In this document: piece by piece, positions 21,109 through 31,333 of the stretch
How the letters are laid out: each line of letters starts with the position of its first letter
How positions within the stretch are numbered: the first letter of the stretch is position 1
Virus record (IMG/VR): IMGVR_UViG_3300028376_000003
Span: 32,001-96,000 of that record
Strand: one strand, 5' to 3'
Length of the DNA stretch: 64,000 bases
Source of the DNA: a virus
Program-made: the position numbers and the translations under genes
The notes under the pieces: model-generated
What the model saw: only the letters and a program-made list of their open reading frames with translations
What the model was told of the DNA's origin: nothing
Databases searched by the model: none

Positions 21109-21841
21109 AAAGTTTAACGAATATTATAAGTACAAAGGATTATCAGAATCTTTAGTACAGACAGAAATAAGTAAAGCTGGTAAAGGCGTTTTTAAGTCGT
21201 TTTTAAAGACTTTAACTGCTTTAGGTTACAAAGACATATCTCAAGACTATAAACACTCTAAGGATGGCTTTATAGCCTATTTTGAACAAGAAGAAGTAAG
21301 TTCTTTTGAGGCAAGGACTATATTTAAAAGATTTAAGTCATTAACACAGTATATCGGTTTAATTGATGGTTCTAAGGATAAATTAAAAATGTTCTTTGGT
21401 ATTAAAAATTCGGCTAAATTGGAATACGGCATATCTTATGAGGATAAACTATTACCAATAGGTAGTTTTAAATTGTCTAATTCCACTATAAAATGGGTGC
21501 TTGGTCTAGACTCCAAGTCTTCAAGTTCTTTTAAAAAACTAATTGTTAATATATCATATAATGATTTACTTACTTTTGGTAGAATAAAAGAAGATATGAG
21601 GGATTATAAGCCTGGATTCTATAGCAAAAGGTCTTATCCAACTATAAGTGATAATGTTATAACATTTGGATATAAAGGTTTTGGTGAATGGGTTAATGGT
21701 AATTTTAGTGATGAACAGTTGAAAGAATTAAAGTCTAATCTAAAAAAATGGATGTCTAATAAAAAATGGAAGAGCAAGGTAATGATTAAATTAGATACTA
21801 GTAATTTCTGGATTAACATTCATTTTAAGACAAAAAATTAA
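21101..21841 (+). CDS. basic hypothetical protein
   Basis: N-terminus MIKKFNEY; overlaps previous stop. Confidence 0.65.
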   Translation: MIKKFNEYYKYKGLSESLVQTEISKAGKGVFKSFLKTLTALGYKDISQDYKHSKDGFIAYFEQEEVSSFEARTIFKRFKSLTQYIGLIDGSKDKLKMFFGIKNSAKLEYGISYEDKLLPIGSFKLSNSTIKWVLGLDSKSSSSFKKLIVNISYNDLLTFGRIKEDMRDYKPGFYSKRSYPTISDNVITFGYKGFGEWVNGNFSDEQLKELKSNLKKWMSNKKWKSKVMIKLDTSNFWINIHFKTKN

Positions 21842-21853
21842 TTATATTATTAT

Positions 21854-21878
21854 TATATCATGATGTTGCATGTTTTTA
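21854..21878 (+). repeat. 25-bp dispersed intergenic direct repeat, copy 1
   Basis: TATATCATGATGTTGCATGTTTTTA identical to 59984-60008. Confidence 0.85.
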
Positions 21879-21932
21879 AACTATTTCTAACTAAAACATT
21901 AAAAGGAGATGTGTATAGAAAATATATAATAC

Positions 21933-22259
21933 ATGTACGTATATTTAATATCATCCGAAATAAATAATGAAAAATTATATAAAATAGGAATCACTCGTAG
22001 AGAAGTCAAAAAAAGGTTGAAAGAACTAAAAACTGGTAATCCAGCTAGTTTAAAAATAGTTGAAATATTTGAATCAGAGTATGGTACTAAGATAGAATCG
22101 CAAATACATAGATTATACTCATTTAAAAAAATAGGTGGGGAATGGTTTGAACTAGAAAATGAAGACATTGTTAATTTTATATCTATTTGTAAGAAAATTG
22201 AACATAATTTAAAACTTTTAAGTAATAATACATATATAGTAGACAGAGGATATATTTAA
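21933..22259 (+). CDS. GIY-YIG / T5orf172-like nuclease
   Basis: YVYLI...YKIGIT...RLKELKTGNP...E..IH...GEWF. Confidence 0.85.
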   Translation: MYVYLISSEINNEKLYKIGITRREVKKRLKELKTGNPASLKIVEIFESEYGTKIESQIHRLYSFKKIGGEWFELENEDIVNFISICKKIEHNLKLLSNNTYIVDRGYI

Positions 22260-22273
22260 AAACAAATGTAAAT

Positions 22274-22534
22274 ATGCAAACAATTAAAGAAAATGCAATA
22301 AGGAATTACGTATCCGACATAGATTTCAAGTCAGAAAACTGGTCTTTGAAATCTATAAAAGAAGATTTAAGAAAATTTCTAGGAGAAGAACCTGCTATAG
22401 ATGTAATATACGTAAAAGATGTAATGATTAACGAAGCTACAAACAAATCAGTTGAGTTCTTGAATGTAGATAAGGTAGAAATAATATTCTATGATACGGA
22501 TGAAAAGTTTAAAAAAATAACAATAAAACCTTAA
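22274..22534 (+). CDS. hypothetical protein
   Basis: ORF in operon. Confidence 0.65.
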   Translation: MQTIKENAIRNYVSDIDFKSENWSLKSIKEDLRKFLGEEPAIDVIYVKDVMINEATNKSVEFLNVDKVEIIFYDTDEKFKKITIKP

Positions 22535-22538
22535 ATAC

Positions 22539-22778
22539 ATGACATCATTCAATAACAACCATAGCGACTATTATCTAGATATTAAAAAAGTATTAAAAAT
22601 AAGAAATATTAAAAAGTTTGAAATGATAAACACTTATTATAGAGATGCTTTAATGTGTTATGACCAAGGCCTTAATAAACAGGCAGACTCCTTGTTTAAA
22701 ACTTTGATTATAGGGGGCTATCTAAGAAGTTATGATAAAGATGTTAGGGATGAAAAATTAAAAACATTAAAAGAGTGA
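22539..22778 (+). CDS. hypothetical protein with C-terminal RDEKLKTL motif
   Basis: ORF in operon. Confidence 0.6.
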   Translation: MTSFNNNHSDYYLDIKKVLKIRNIKKFEMINTYYRDALMCYDQGLNKQADSLFKTLIIGGYLRSYDKDVRDEKLKTLKE

Positions 22779-23110
22779 GTGATATAAAAAATAAAATATC
22801 AATAAATATAATAGATTATCTAGGAAAACATGAGGGTGGAGTAATAACTTTGCTATCTTTGGGTCTTGATGGAACATTCTATGAAGCTACCTTTTTCTAT
22901 ACAGAAGATTTATTAGTATTAACACCAGATAAAGAATTAGAGAAAGAGCTTGAATGTGATATAGAAGATTATGAAGGCTACACTGAACTTATGATTAGTA
23001 TTATTAAGAAAGTAGTACCGTATGATGAGATAATAAATATAGTTGATGATTTCGAACCTAACAAATACGACATCTATTTAGATAAAAACAACAAAGAAGA
23101 TAAAAAGTAA
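22775..23110 (+). CDS. hypothetical acidic protein
   Basis: GTG start overlapping previous stop. Confidence 0.65.
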   Translation: MSDIKNKISINIIDYLGKHEGGVITLLSLGLDGTFYEATFFYTEDLLVLTPDKELEKELECDIEDYEGYTELMISIIKKVVPYDEIINIVDDFEPNKYDIYLDKNNKEDKK

Positions 23111-23129
23111 TAATTTAAAATTTTAAAAA

Positions 23130-24827
23130 ATGCTTATAAGCGAAATTGGTATAAAGGGTTATAAATCTTTTGGTAATAATGAACAAGTTCTAAATCTATC
23201 AACTGATGAGGGAAAATTAATCCTATTGACAGGGAACAACGGACATGGTAAATCATCTCTTTTGGAGAGTTTTGAATATACATTATATGGAAAAGTTAAA
23301 TCAAACAAAGCTAAGAAATGGTACAAGTTAGGGACATTACCAAATAGAATAAATGGTGAGTTATTGAACAGAATAAAATTCAAATCAGAAGGAGTTGATG
23401 TTGAAGTCAAAAGAGGTATATCACCAAATAAATTAGAGTTGTGGGAAAATGGTGTCTTAAATGAGAGGGCTGGAAAGGGAAATATAAACGATAAAATAGA
23501 AGAATATGTTGGGGTTGATATAGAAACTTTTAAATCATTTATTTCAATGTCTATCAATGATTTTAAAAACTTCATATCTTTAACAAAGGAAGAAAAGCAA
23601 CTATTATTAGATAAACTATTTAACCTAGAAGTTATTAATATCCTAAATGGTATCCTAAAGGAACTAAATAAGGTTAATAAAAATAAAATAACGTCCTTAG
23701 ATTCTGAAATATCTACATTAGAACAGTCTATAGATTCCATAAAAAAGTCAATAAAAAAATCATTGGAACGAGAGAAAGAAAATTTACAATCAGATATTGA
23801 TAGCATCACAAATGAAGCAAACTCTAAGAAGGAAGAATATACTTTATTAAAATCTAAAGTATCTAAAATACAAGATAAAGATTCTATTTTGTCTAAAGAA
23901 TTAGATTCTGAAAATAGACAACTTATAAATACAAACAATGACATCAGAAACGTCCAGAAAGAAATAAACTTATATAACTCTGGAAAATGCCCAACATGTG
24001 CCACTGATTTTAACTCTGAGAAATTTCTAGATCTTAAATCATCTTTATTAGAGAAAAAGAAAGGATATGATGCCATTGCTATTGAAATAAAAGAAAATAT
24101 ACAATCTTTAAAAAATAAGAAAACTAAATTAGATGGCATATCCAATTCAACTAGTGAGTCTTTTAATGATTTGAAATACCTTCTTAAAAATTATAAAACA
24201 AAGATTGATGATTTTAAATCTAAACAAAAGGCAAACTTAAAAGAAGAAGACACATCTAACATATCTGAGTTTAAAGAAACCATTAAGGAACTTAGTAAGA
24301 AGAAAGAAAAGAGTTCAGAAGAAATAACTAGTAATAAAGAAAAAGAACTTTATTACAAAGAGTTAAATAGAATACTTAGCGAAGATGGTGTTAAGAAATC
24401 TATAATAACAAATATAATAAAACCTATAAATCATTTCATAGGAGAGAATATTAAAAAAATGAATCTAAACTTTGAAGTTAGATTAGATGAAACATTTACA
24501 GCAGAGATAAAATCATTGGGAGCAATTGTTGATCACGATTCTCTATCTACTGGGGAAACAAAGAAAATAAATATATGTATTTTAATTGCTTACTTAAAAC
24601 TTATAAGAACTAAAAAACATATTAACATTCTTTTCCTAGATGAGGTGTTCTCTTCATTAGACTTAGAGGGCATAGATTCTATACTACTATTGCTTAAATC
24701 GTTTGCAAATGACTATAACATTAATATATTCGTAGTCCACCATGCTATACTAAGCCAAGAAATGTTTGATAATATAATACAAATAAATAAAGACATTTTT
24801 TCTAGTATAGAAGAACTAGAATATTAA
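23130..24827 (+). CDS. sbcC: SbcC/Rad50/T4 gp46-like recombination ATPase
   Basis: Walker A GNNGHGKSS, coiled coils with CPTC zinc hook, LSTGE signature, LFLDE Walker B. Confidence 0.92.
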   Translation: MLISEIGIKGYKSFGNNEQVLNLSTDEGKLILLTGNNGHGKSSLLESFEYTLYGKVKSNKAKKWYKLGTLPNRINGELLNRIKFKSEGVDVEVKRGISPNKLELWENGVLNERAGKGNINDKIEEYVGVDIETFKSFISMSINDFKNFISLTKEEKQLLLDKLFNLEVINILNGILKELNKVNKNKITSLDSEISTLEQSIDSIKKSIKKSLEREKENLQSDIDSITNEANSKKEEYTLLKSKVSKIQDKDSILSKELDSENRQLINTNNDIRNVQKEINLYNSGKCPTCATDFNSEKFLDLKSSLLEKKKGYDAIAIEIKENIQSLKNKKTKLDGISNSTSESFNDLKYLLKNYKTKIDDFKSKQKANLKEEDTSNISEFKETIKELSKKKEKSSEEITSNKEKELYYKELNRILSEDGVKKSIITNIIKPINHFIGENIKKMNLNFEVRLDETFTAEIKSLGAIVDHDSLSTGETKKINICILIAYLKLIRTKKHINILFLDEVFSSLDLEGIDSILLLLKSFANDYNINIFVVHHAILSQEMFDNIIQINKDIFSSIEELEY

Positions 24828-24895
24828 ATAGATAAGTATTGAGTAACTATACATTGTTGTATGTCTAGTATGATTTAATAATAAAAAAACTTTGG

Positions 24896-25675
24896 ATGAA
24901 GACGAATAATAATATCTTCTTGAATGATGACAAAATGGTTGATGATGGGAAGACAAATAACCTATTATGGTTTGGTAACTGCTTGGAAGAAATGAAACGA
25001 ATACCAGACAAGAGTATTGATTTTATTTGTTGTGATTTACCTTATGGTATGACCGCACCTAAATGGGATGAGATAATACCCTCTGATAAACTTTGGGAGC
25101 AATACAATAGAATTATATCCAAAAACGGTACAATAGCCTTATTTGCTTCCCAGCCCTTTACAACGAAAATAATAAGTAGCAACGAAAAGGATTATAGATA
25201 TGTTTGGTATTGGGTAAAAAATCAAGCAACAAACTTTTTTCACGCAAAACGTATGCCTACAAGAAAAGTTGAAGAGATTGTTATTTTCAAAAAGGGAAAA
25301 TATTACCCACAAATAACAGAAGGACACGAACCGACAAATAGTGCGAAAGGATGCTCTAATGGAACAGCCTATCACGGGACTAATAAGAGAGATTATAAAG
25401 GTGGAAAAACAACAAGATATCCAACTAATTTACTTGAATTTAAGTGTGTTGATAATTATAGTAGAATACACTCTTCCCAAAAACCAATAGACTTGATAAA
25501 ATACTTAATTGAAACATATACTGATAAAAAAGATACTGTTTTAGACAATACTTGTGGAAGTGATACAACAGGAATTGCAAGCTTTGAACTTGGTAGGAAT
25601 AGTATAAGTATTGAGAATAATTTGTCTATTTATAACCTTGCTATAAAAAGAAGGAAAGAAAAGAATATTAAATAG
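24896..25675 (+). CDS. N6A/N4C DNA methyltransferase (beta class)
   Basis: DLPYG catalytic motif, HSSQKP, DTVLDNTCGSDTTG motif I. Confidence 0.88.
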   Translation: MKTNNNIFLNDDKMVDDGKTNNLLWFGNCLEEMKRIPDKSIDFICCDLPYGMTAPKWDEIIPSDKLWEQYNRIISKNGTIALFASQPFTTKIISSNEKDYRYVWYWVKNQATNFFHAKRMPTRKVEEIVIFKKGKYYPQITEGHEPTNSAKGCSNGTAYHGTNKRDYKGGKTTRYPTNLLEFKCVDNYSRIHSSQKPIDLIKYLIETYTDKKDTVLDNTCGSDTTGIASFELGRNSISIENNLSIYNLAIKRRKEKNIK

Positions 25676-25682
25676 ATAAGTA

Positions 25683-26093
25683 ATGAGTGACTACAAATAT
25701 ATAAATAAGATAATGATTACAGATAATCTATATAATCTAGATTATCTCAATACTTTACACACAGGAGAAGGTATATCTATGGACTTTTGGTCAAAATCGT
25801 TTTATAATAATTATAATAACAAATATAAACAATATAACTTATTAAGAGACAAGGTTATAAGAGAAACAAATGATTCATCTGATAAGACAATTATTATTCA
25901 GAACAAAAATACAAAAGGATTAAAATATATAAGCAATTTGTATATTAATCTTAAAAAAAATCCTAGATGGGTAGATAATATTGTTAGTATAGAGATGTTA
26001 TCGTTAAATGTTCCTAGTGAAGTATTAAGTGATTTTGTTGCTTTAACTAATTATACAATTAAGAAAATAGAAAACTATTTATATCAGGCATGA
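25683..26093 (+). CDS. hypothetical protein
   Basis: ORF in operon. Confidence 0.55.
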   Translation: MSDYKYINKIMITDNLYNLDYLNTLHTGEGISMDFWSKSFYNNYNNKYKQYNLLRDKVIRETNDSSDKTIIIQNKNTKGLKYISNLYINLKKNPRWVDNIVSIEMLSLNVPSEVLSDFVALTNYTIKKIENYLYQA

Positions 26094-26800
26094 ATAAACA
26101 CTTAAACTATTATTCTGTATTAGAAGTAAGTCATTTATCGAGTGATAAGGAAATAAAAAAAAGCTATCATAAACTTTCATTTAAATATCATCCTGATAGG
26201 AACAAGGATATTGATCCCACTCTTTTTAATGCAATAACAGATGCTTATAAAGTACTTTCTGATAATAACAAGAGAGTGGAATATGATAATCAATCAATAT
26301 ATGGCAAAGACTATAATGAGGAACTTGAAATGTTCGATGTTGATTATGACTTTGATTATGACAAGAGTAAGCAGAAATTAGAAGATTTTAAAAACAACCA
26401 AGTAAATAATATACAAATAGAGGTTGATGATAGTTTTAGTGGTAATCTAAAATATGAGAGATGGATTAGATGTAAGACTTGTGATGGTAATGGCAAAGAT
26501 TTGAATTCTAAGATAGAAATAAAAGATAATAAAGGAAAGGTCATTAGAACATTCGATCCTGATGATGGTTGTGATTTCTGTGAAGGTACTGGGAAAGAAT
26601 ATAATGGACAACCATGTTCTTTTTGTTTTGGTAAAGGTCAAGTTGGTCTAAATAGATGTGGAAAGTGTAAAGGTGAAGGAAGAATTTTTGGTCTACAAAA
26701 AGCCAATATTAAACTAAGTGGTGAAATAACTAAATTTAACTCTATGGGTCATTTTTCTAAATCTGGTAAAGTTGGATATTTATTAGTTATCAAAAAGTAA
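26090..26800 (+). CDS. dnaJ: DnaJ-like co-chaperone with zinc-finger repeats
   Basis: J domain with HPD; four CxxCxGxG repeats; truncated C-terminal domain. Confidence 0.88.
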   Translation: MNKHLNYYSVLEVSHLSSDKEIKKSYHKLSFKYHPDRNKDIDPTLFNAITDAYKVLSDNNKRVEYDNQSIYGKDYNEELEMFDVDYDFDYDKSKQKLEDFKNNQVNNIQIEVDDSFSGNLKYERWIRCKTCDGNGKDLNSKIEIKDNKGKVIRTFDPDDGCDFCEGTGKEYNGQPCSFCFGKGQVGLNRCGKCKGEGRIFGLQKANIKLSGEITKFNSMGHFSKSGKVGYLLVIKK

Positions 26801-26805
26801 TAAAA

Positions 26806-29800
26806 TTATCTTCCACAAGGTAATACACCACTAATTACAGTACCATTATCTACTTCTAATGATCCAAATCCATTAGACACAAATCCATTAGCACCTATAC
26901 TTCCAATAAAGTTAGCATATACTTTTGTAGAACGTTCAAATATATCATTATTTGTATAATAGGATAATGTAGACTGGCTTTGACATGCCAAAGCTGATGT
27001 ACTACCTGAACTTAAATTATGAAGAAATAATGTCTCTTCATCATTTCCACTAGATGTTTGTGTTACTTCTTGTGTAACACTTAAATTTCCATTATCCTCA
27101 CTAGCCGTTATAATACCTACTCTAGGACCAGATGTGGTGTTCTGTAAGCGTGAAACAACCACATCTTTAGTACCAAATGAACTGAGTGGTGATACACTTA
27201 ACCAAGAAGGAGCATTAGTATCAATAGACCAATTAGTATTACTAGCTACTTCAATAGTATAATTTCCCCCATTAGAACTAACTTCTCTGGTAGCACTAGA
27301 GACTTGACCTTCGTTAGAAATAACCAAATAAGGTTGATCACCAGGTTGTGTAAGTGTATAAGTTGCTTGGAGGTTACCACCAACTTGTGACACAGTAATA
27401 GTACCATCTCTCTCACCAACTCTAGAATTTCCTTGATAACTAAAGCTATAATTAGCATTGCCCTCTCCACTCTCTACTGTTAAATCATTAATCCAAGGTG
27501 CTGACTTACTAACTGTCCAAGTTCCATTAGAAACTATTATAAAACTACCATTACCACTATTATTATTAGGTAGTGTAAGACTTTCTGGTGTCACACTTAA
27601 CGAAGGTTCATTCGGCTCATTTGGTATATTTCCATAGACCTCTACTGATGCTGTAGTATCTGTATTTATATAAGAATATCTTTCTGTTATGCCATCAGTA
27701 GTAGTAAATCTTGTATTAGGTAAAAATAATATAATTGAATTATTTATAACACGATCAATTTCAAAAGAGTTTGGTCCTATTGTATAAGTATCAGAATATT
27801 CATCAACTGAATTACTAAAGACAGAATCTCTAAAGCTGATTAAACCATTCACAAATGAATCAGAATCTGCTATTCCCTGTGCATCTATTACACCAGTCCC
27901 ATTAAAGTTTATAGATAGTGTTTCTGAAAATGTTATATTTTCACCATTGACACCTAATTCAAAATTTATATTTAATCTAATAGGCATATACGCATTTTCT
28001 AAGAATTCTATTCCTGAAAAGTCTAGTCTTATACGATGATTATCACTTCCTAAAATTCTAGGAACAAACAAAACAGGTATTTCTATAATCAAATTAGGAT
28101 CATCTCCTGGTGATGGATCATCTGGCTCATCATCACTTGGTGGTTCGGGTACATCAATTATTCCTATATCTATCCCAGAGTTACCAAAATCTATATCACC
28201 CGTGTTCAAACTTATAGTTCCTAAATTTATATCGATATTATCAATAAAATCAAAGTCATTATCTGTATAATCTATATATGGTGAAACACCAGTAAATGGT
28301 ATCTGAATGCTTTTATTTATATTATCATCTCTAAAATACTTGAAGAAAGGTACCATGTTTATTTCAAGTAACTTCAAGTTATCTATTATAGTGGAAGTTT
28401 CTAACTCTCCTAATAATCCACTACCCCTTATATTCATAGATAAATGCCTTTTGTTGAAAAAGTATTCAACCTTTCTCTTTCTGGGTGTTATTATGTGGTT
28501 TATGTTCTTATAAATTGGTAAGTAGGTAGATGGTCTTAATTGTATAATTTCTTGCGTTTCACCACTTTGTAACTCAACATTTTCTAACCTAGATGTTTTG
28601 TTTATGTTATCAAAATGTATTGTAGGCTCAGGTGATAAACTAGAAGAGAAAGTATTTCCACCAAATTGAGAATCTATCGGAAACCTATATTCATTTTCCC
28701 CAGAGTTATATTCAACCAAATCGAATTCAACAAGAGTATATCTATTTCTAGCTATATCTGCCCTATCCCTTCCTAATACATCAACAAGTGGTTCGTCTAA
28801 GTCCAAAACACCACCTTGTCCACTAGACATCATTTTAAGTTCTTCGCCTTGTATAACTGTAAATCCACCTAAACTTTCTGTCCTATCAAATGTTAGACTA
28901 GGGGTAATAGAACTTGTTGAGTTCTGTGGTATAGAGAATGACCATCCTTTTTCTAAAAATAAGTCTAAATCATCACCTGATGGTCCAAAGAAATCCTTAA
29001 ATTCGGAAGATTCACCAATGTAATCACTAAATATCTTAAACTTTGTACCAAGACTATATAGTCTTTTGTTTAAAGAGAAAGAATCCCTAAAATTAGAACT
29101 ACTAGATAATACATCATTCGTTGGATAACCATATAAGTTATTCTCTGAAAAATACTTTCTAGACACCTTATTCAATACTGTTTGTGGTTTGCCGATATTA
29201 ACAGCAGTATCTTCATAGTAGGTAACATCCAACCAAGAGTTATAGTTAAAAACTGCTAGAGAGTTAAGCGTTTTATTGGAAGTTAGTCTAGATACATTAT
29301 TGCTTTTAAAATCCATATTTTGTATAAGACCAGTTGAATAACCAGTTTTGTAAGTCCCACTTTCATCAGTAACACTCTGCCCCCATTCTTGATCTAATAT
29401 AACTTCAAAAGAATTTTTTATCTTTATTACACGATGTTCTCCATTATATTCAGTGTTAACTGTTATATCATCGTCTAATATAATTTCTATTATATCATTT
29501 ACCGCTAGATTGTGTTTTAAATCTGTTTTAATAGATAGTAAACCATCTTCATAAGATGTAGATATAAAATTTCCTGTCAAATACTCAACGCCCTTAAAGT
29601 GTCCACCATCGTAAATACCATCAATCCAATGTGTGTCTAACATTTCAGTTATAAGTGGATATCCTTTAAATAGTCCATAATTCCATATACCTTTAAAATA
29701 CCCATTTAGAAAACCACCTGATAGCCACACATTTCTAGTTATCATAATTCTATGATTTTTGGAATCTCTTTCTATTCTTCTCAGTGGGAATGTTGTTTCT

Positions 29801-31284
29801 ATATCTATATCTATAAACTCATCACCAATTCTAATTATTGTATACAATCCCCTTAGTATCTTCCTATTGTCGTTTATGTCTACACCAACTATATTACTTA
29901 TTGATATCTTATCACCAATTTTTAAACTTTCTTTTGTTGATAGAGCCTCGCCAACTAAACCCAAACCTATACCAGATATACTTGATGCGTTTATTGATTC
30001 ACTCGGACCAGATATTCTAACTACCCACTTTATATCAGAAAATGTTTTTACAGAAAATAACACATCGTGCATCTCTCTCATATCATCATCATTCCTATAT
30101 CCACTATTCCATACACCATTCTCCCATATTCCTGACTTAAAATAGGAATTTCCTATTTTAGATGTTAATTCACTCGGTATTAAATTGCTACCAGGAAGGG
30201 TTTTTATGTTATCAGGATCTGTATTATTTCGTATTATTTTACCAGTTCCCACAATTGTTGAAAACAAACTATTTCCCAAGTCACTAACCACTATGTTTGG
30301 TAATGTTACATCAAATAATTTATTATTATTATCTGAATATCCACCTCTTATTTCTATGTTAGATATTGCAATTACTACGTCTTTGTTGAGAGCTGCCGTG
30401 TCGCCTACAAAAACCACATACTTATTACCAACTAAACCTATATAATCAGCACTGTAGCTACCTTCACCACTTAAATAAGCTATTAGTGTAGAACTATCTA
30501 AGTATCTATCAAACCCATCCACTAGTGGTCTTTGTGGTGGTTCTATATCAGATAAATAAACTCTAATACCAGCATTTTCATCAGTTGTTATACCATTATC
30601 AACTCCTTTAGTATATTGGAATGATAAATTAAAGTCTTGAAAGCCAATATATCTAGACAAGTGATTAACATAATTATATTCCCTTTTTTCCTCCTTGGGT
30701 ATTCCTCCAGCTGGTGAAAACGCTTTATTAACATTGGCTTCCCTCTGATGATACCATATAAATGCAGAACTGTTATTATCATACCTCCATCCGTTACAAT
30801 ATAAATTTTTATTACCTAATCCTCTGCTATTTAACAGACTAATATCTGGATTATCATTTATCCAAGATAAACCACACATAATCCACTCTAGTTCAAAGAG
30901 TTCCAAATCTTTTATCCCAAAATCACTACCAAAGCTATTATTTGCAACTATATTTATATAATTATTAGTTGTTGCATTATTTATTGGTGAAGAGTTGAAA
31001 TATATATATCCATCTTGGTTACCAAAGCTAGACTGTCCATTTGTCTCATCGAATTTTAATCTAAAGCTATCCTCCCATAGAACACTCATTATTACATTTT
31101 GTGAAATAGACATATCTGTTAAGTTAGAAATGTGTATCTTGTAGTAGTAAGATTTGTTTTGCTTAAGTTCGCTGGGTTTGTTTAAGTATATTAAAGGACT
31201 AGCACCAGATACCTTAAATATCTTATCAGTATTAAAATCCCAACCTGGTCCAAACCATATAACATCTTGTTGCTGTATTGTCAT
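26806..31284 (-). CDS. giant putative tail/fibre protein with pentapeptide repeats and two BACON-like domains
   Basis: GIWENGVWNSG repeats; P/D linker; SNGTWTV..APWI..GERDGTIT and SNTNWSI..PSWLSVSP..PRVGIIT. Confidence 0.7.
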   Translation of the reverse strand: MTIQQQDVIWFGPGWDFNTDKIFKVSGASPLIYLNKPSELKQNKSYYYKIHISNLTDMSISQNVIMSVLWEDSFRLKFDETNGQSSFGNQDGYIYFNSSPINNATTNNYINIVANNSFGSDFGIKDLELFELEWIMCGLSWINDNPDISLLNSRGLGNKNLYCNGWRYDNNSSAFIWYHQREANVNKAFSPAGGIPKEEKREYNYVNHLSRYIGFQDFNLSFQYTKGVDNGITTDENAGIRVYLSDIEPPQRPLVDGFDRYLDSSTLIAYLSGEGSYSADYIGLVGNKYVVFVGDTAALNKDVVIAISNIEIRGGYSDNNNKLFDVTLPNIVVSDLGNSLFSTIVGTGKIIRNNTDPDNIKTLPGSNLIPSELTSKIGNSYFKSGIWENGVWNSGYRNDDDMREMHDVLFSVKTFSDIKWVVRISGPSESINASSISGIGLGLVGEALSTKESLKIGDKISISNIVGVDINDNRKILRGLYTIIRIGDEFIDIDIETTFPLRRIERDSKNHRIMITRNVWLSGGFLNGYFKGIWNYGLFKGYPLITEMLDTHWIDGIYDGGHFKGVEYLTGNFISTSYEDGLLSIKTDLKHNLAVNDIIEIILDDDITVNTEYNGEHRVIKIKNSFEVILDQEWGQSVTDESGTYKTGYSTGLIQNMDFKSNNVSRLTSNKTLNSLAVFNYNSWLDVTYYEDTAVNIGKPQTVLNKVSRKYFSENNLYGYPTNDVLSSSSNFRDSFSLNKRLYSLGTKFKIFSDYIGESSEFKDFFGPSGDDLDLFLEKGWSFSIPQNSTSSITPSLTFDRTESLGGFTVIQGEELKMMSSGQGGVLDLDEPLVDVLGRDRADIARNRYTLVEFDLVEYNSGENEYRFPIDSQFGGNTFSSSLSPEPTIHFDNINKTSRLENVELQSGETQEIIQLRPSTYLPIYKNINHIITPRKRKVEYFFNKRHLSMNIRGSGLLGELETSTIIDNLKLLEINMVPFFKYFRDDNINKSIQIPFTGVSPYIDYTDNDFDFIDNIDINLGTISLNTGDIDFGNSGIDIGIIDVPEPPSDDEPDDPSPGDDPNLIIEIPVLFVPRILGSDNHRIRLDFSGIEFLENAYMPIRLNINFELGVNGENITFSETLSINFNGTGVIDAQGIADSDSFVNGLISFRDSVFSNSVDEYSDTYTIGPNSFEIDRVINNSIILFLPNTRFTTTDGITERYSYINTDTTASVEVYGNIPNEPNEPSLSVTPESLTLPNNNSGNGSFIIVSNGTWTVSKSAPWINDLTVESGEGNANYSFSYQGNSRVGERDGTITVSQVGGNLQATYTLTQPGDQPYLVISNEGQVSSATREVSSNGGNYTIEVASNTNWSIDTNAPSWLSVSPLSSFGTKDVVVSRLQNTTSGPRVGIITASEDNGNLSVTQEVTQTSSGNDEETLFLHNLSSGSTSALACQSQSTLSYYTNNDIFERSTKVYANFIGSIGANGFVSNGFGSLEVDNGTVISGVLPCGR

Positions 31285-31333
31285 GCTCTATATATTATTT
31301 ATCTACAGTTGGTTATCTATATTCTCAAATTAA

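Noticed and set aside
23159-24145. 328-aa antisense ORF and many other shadow ORFs opposite large genes
   Set aside because: Mirror frames of well-supported genes with F/L/S-rich composition; no promoter or motifs.
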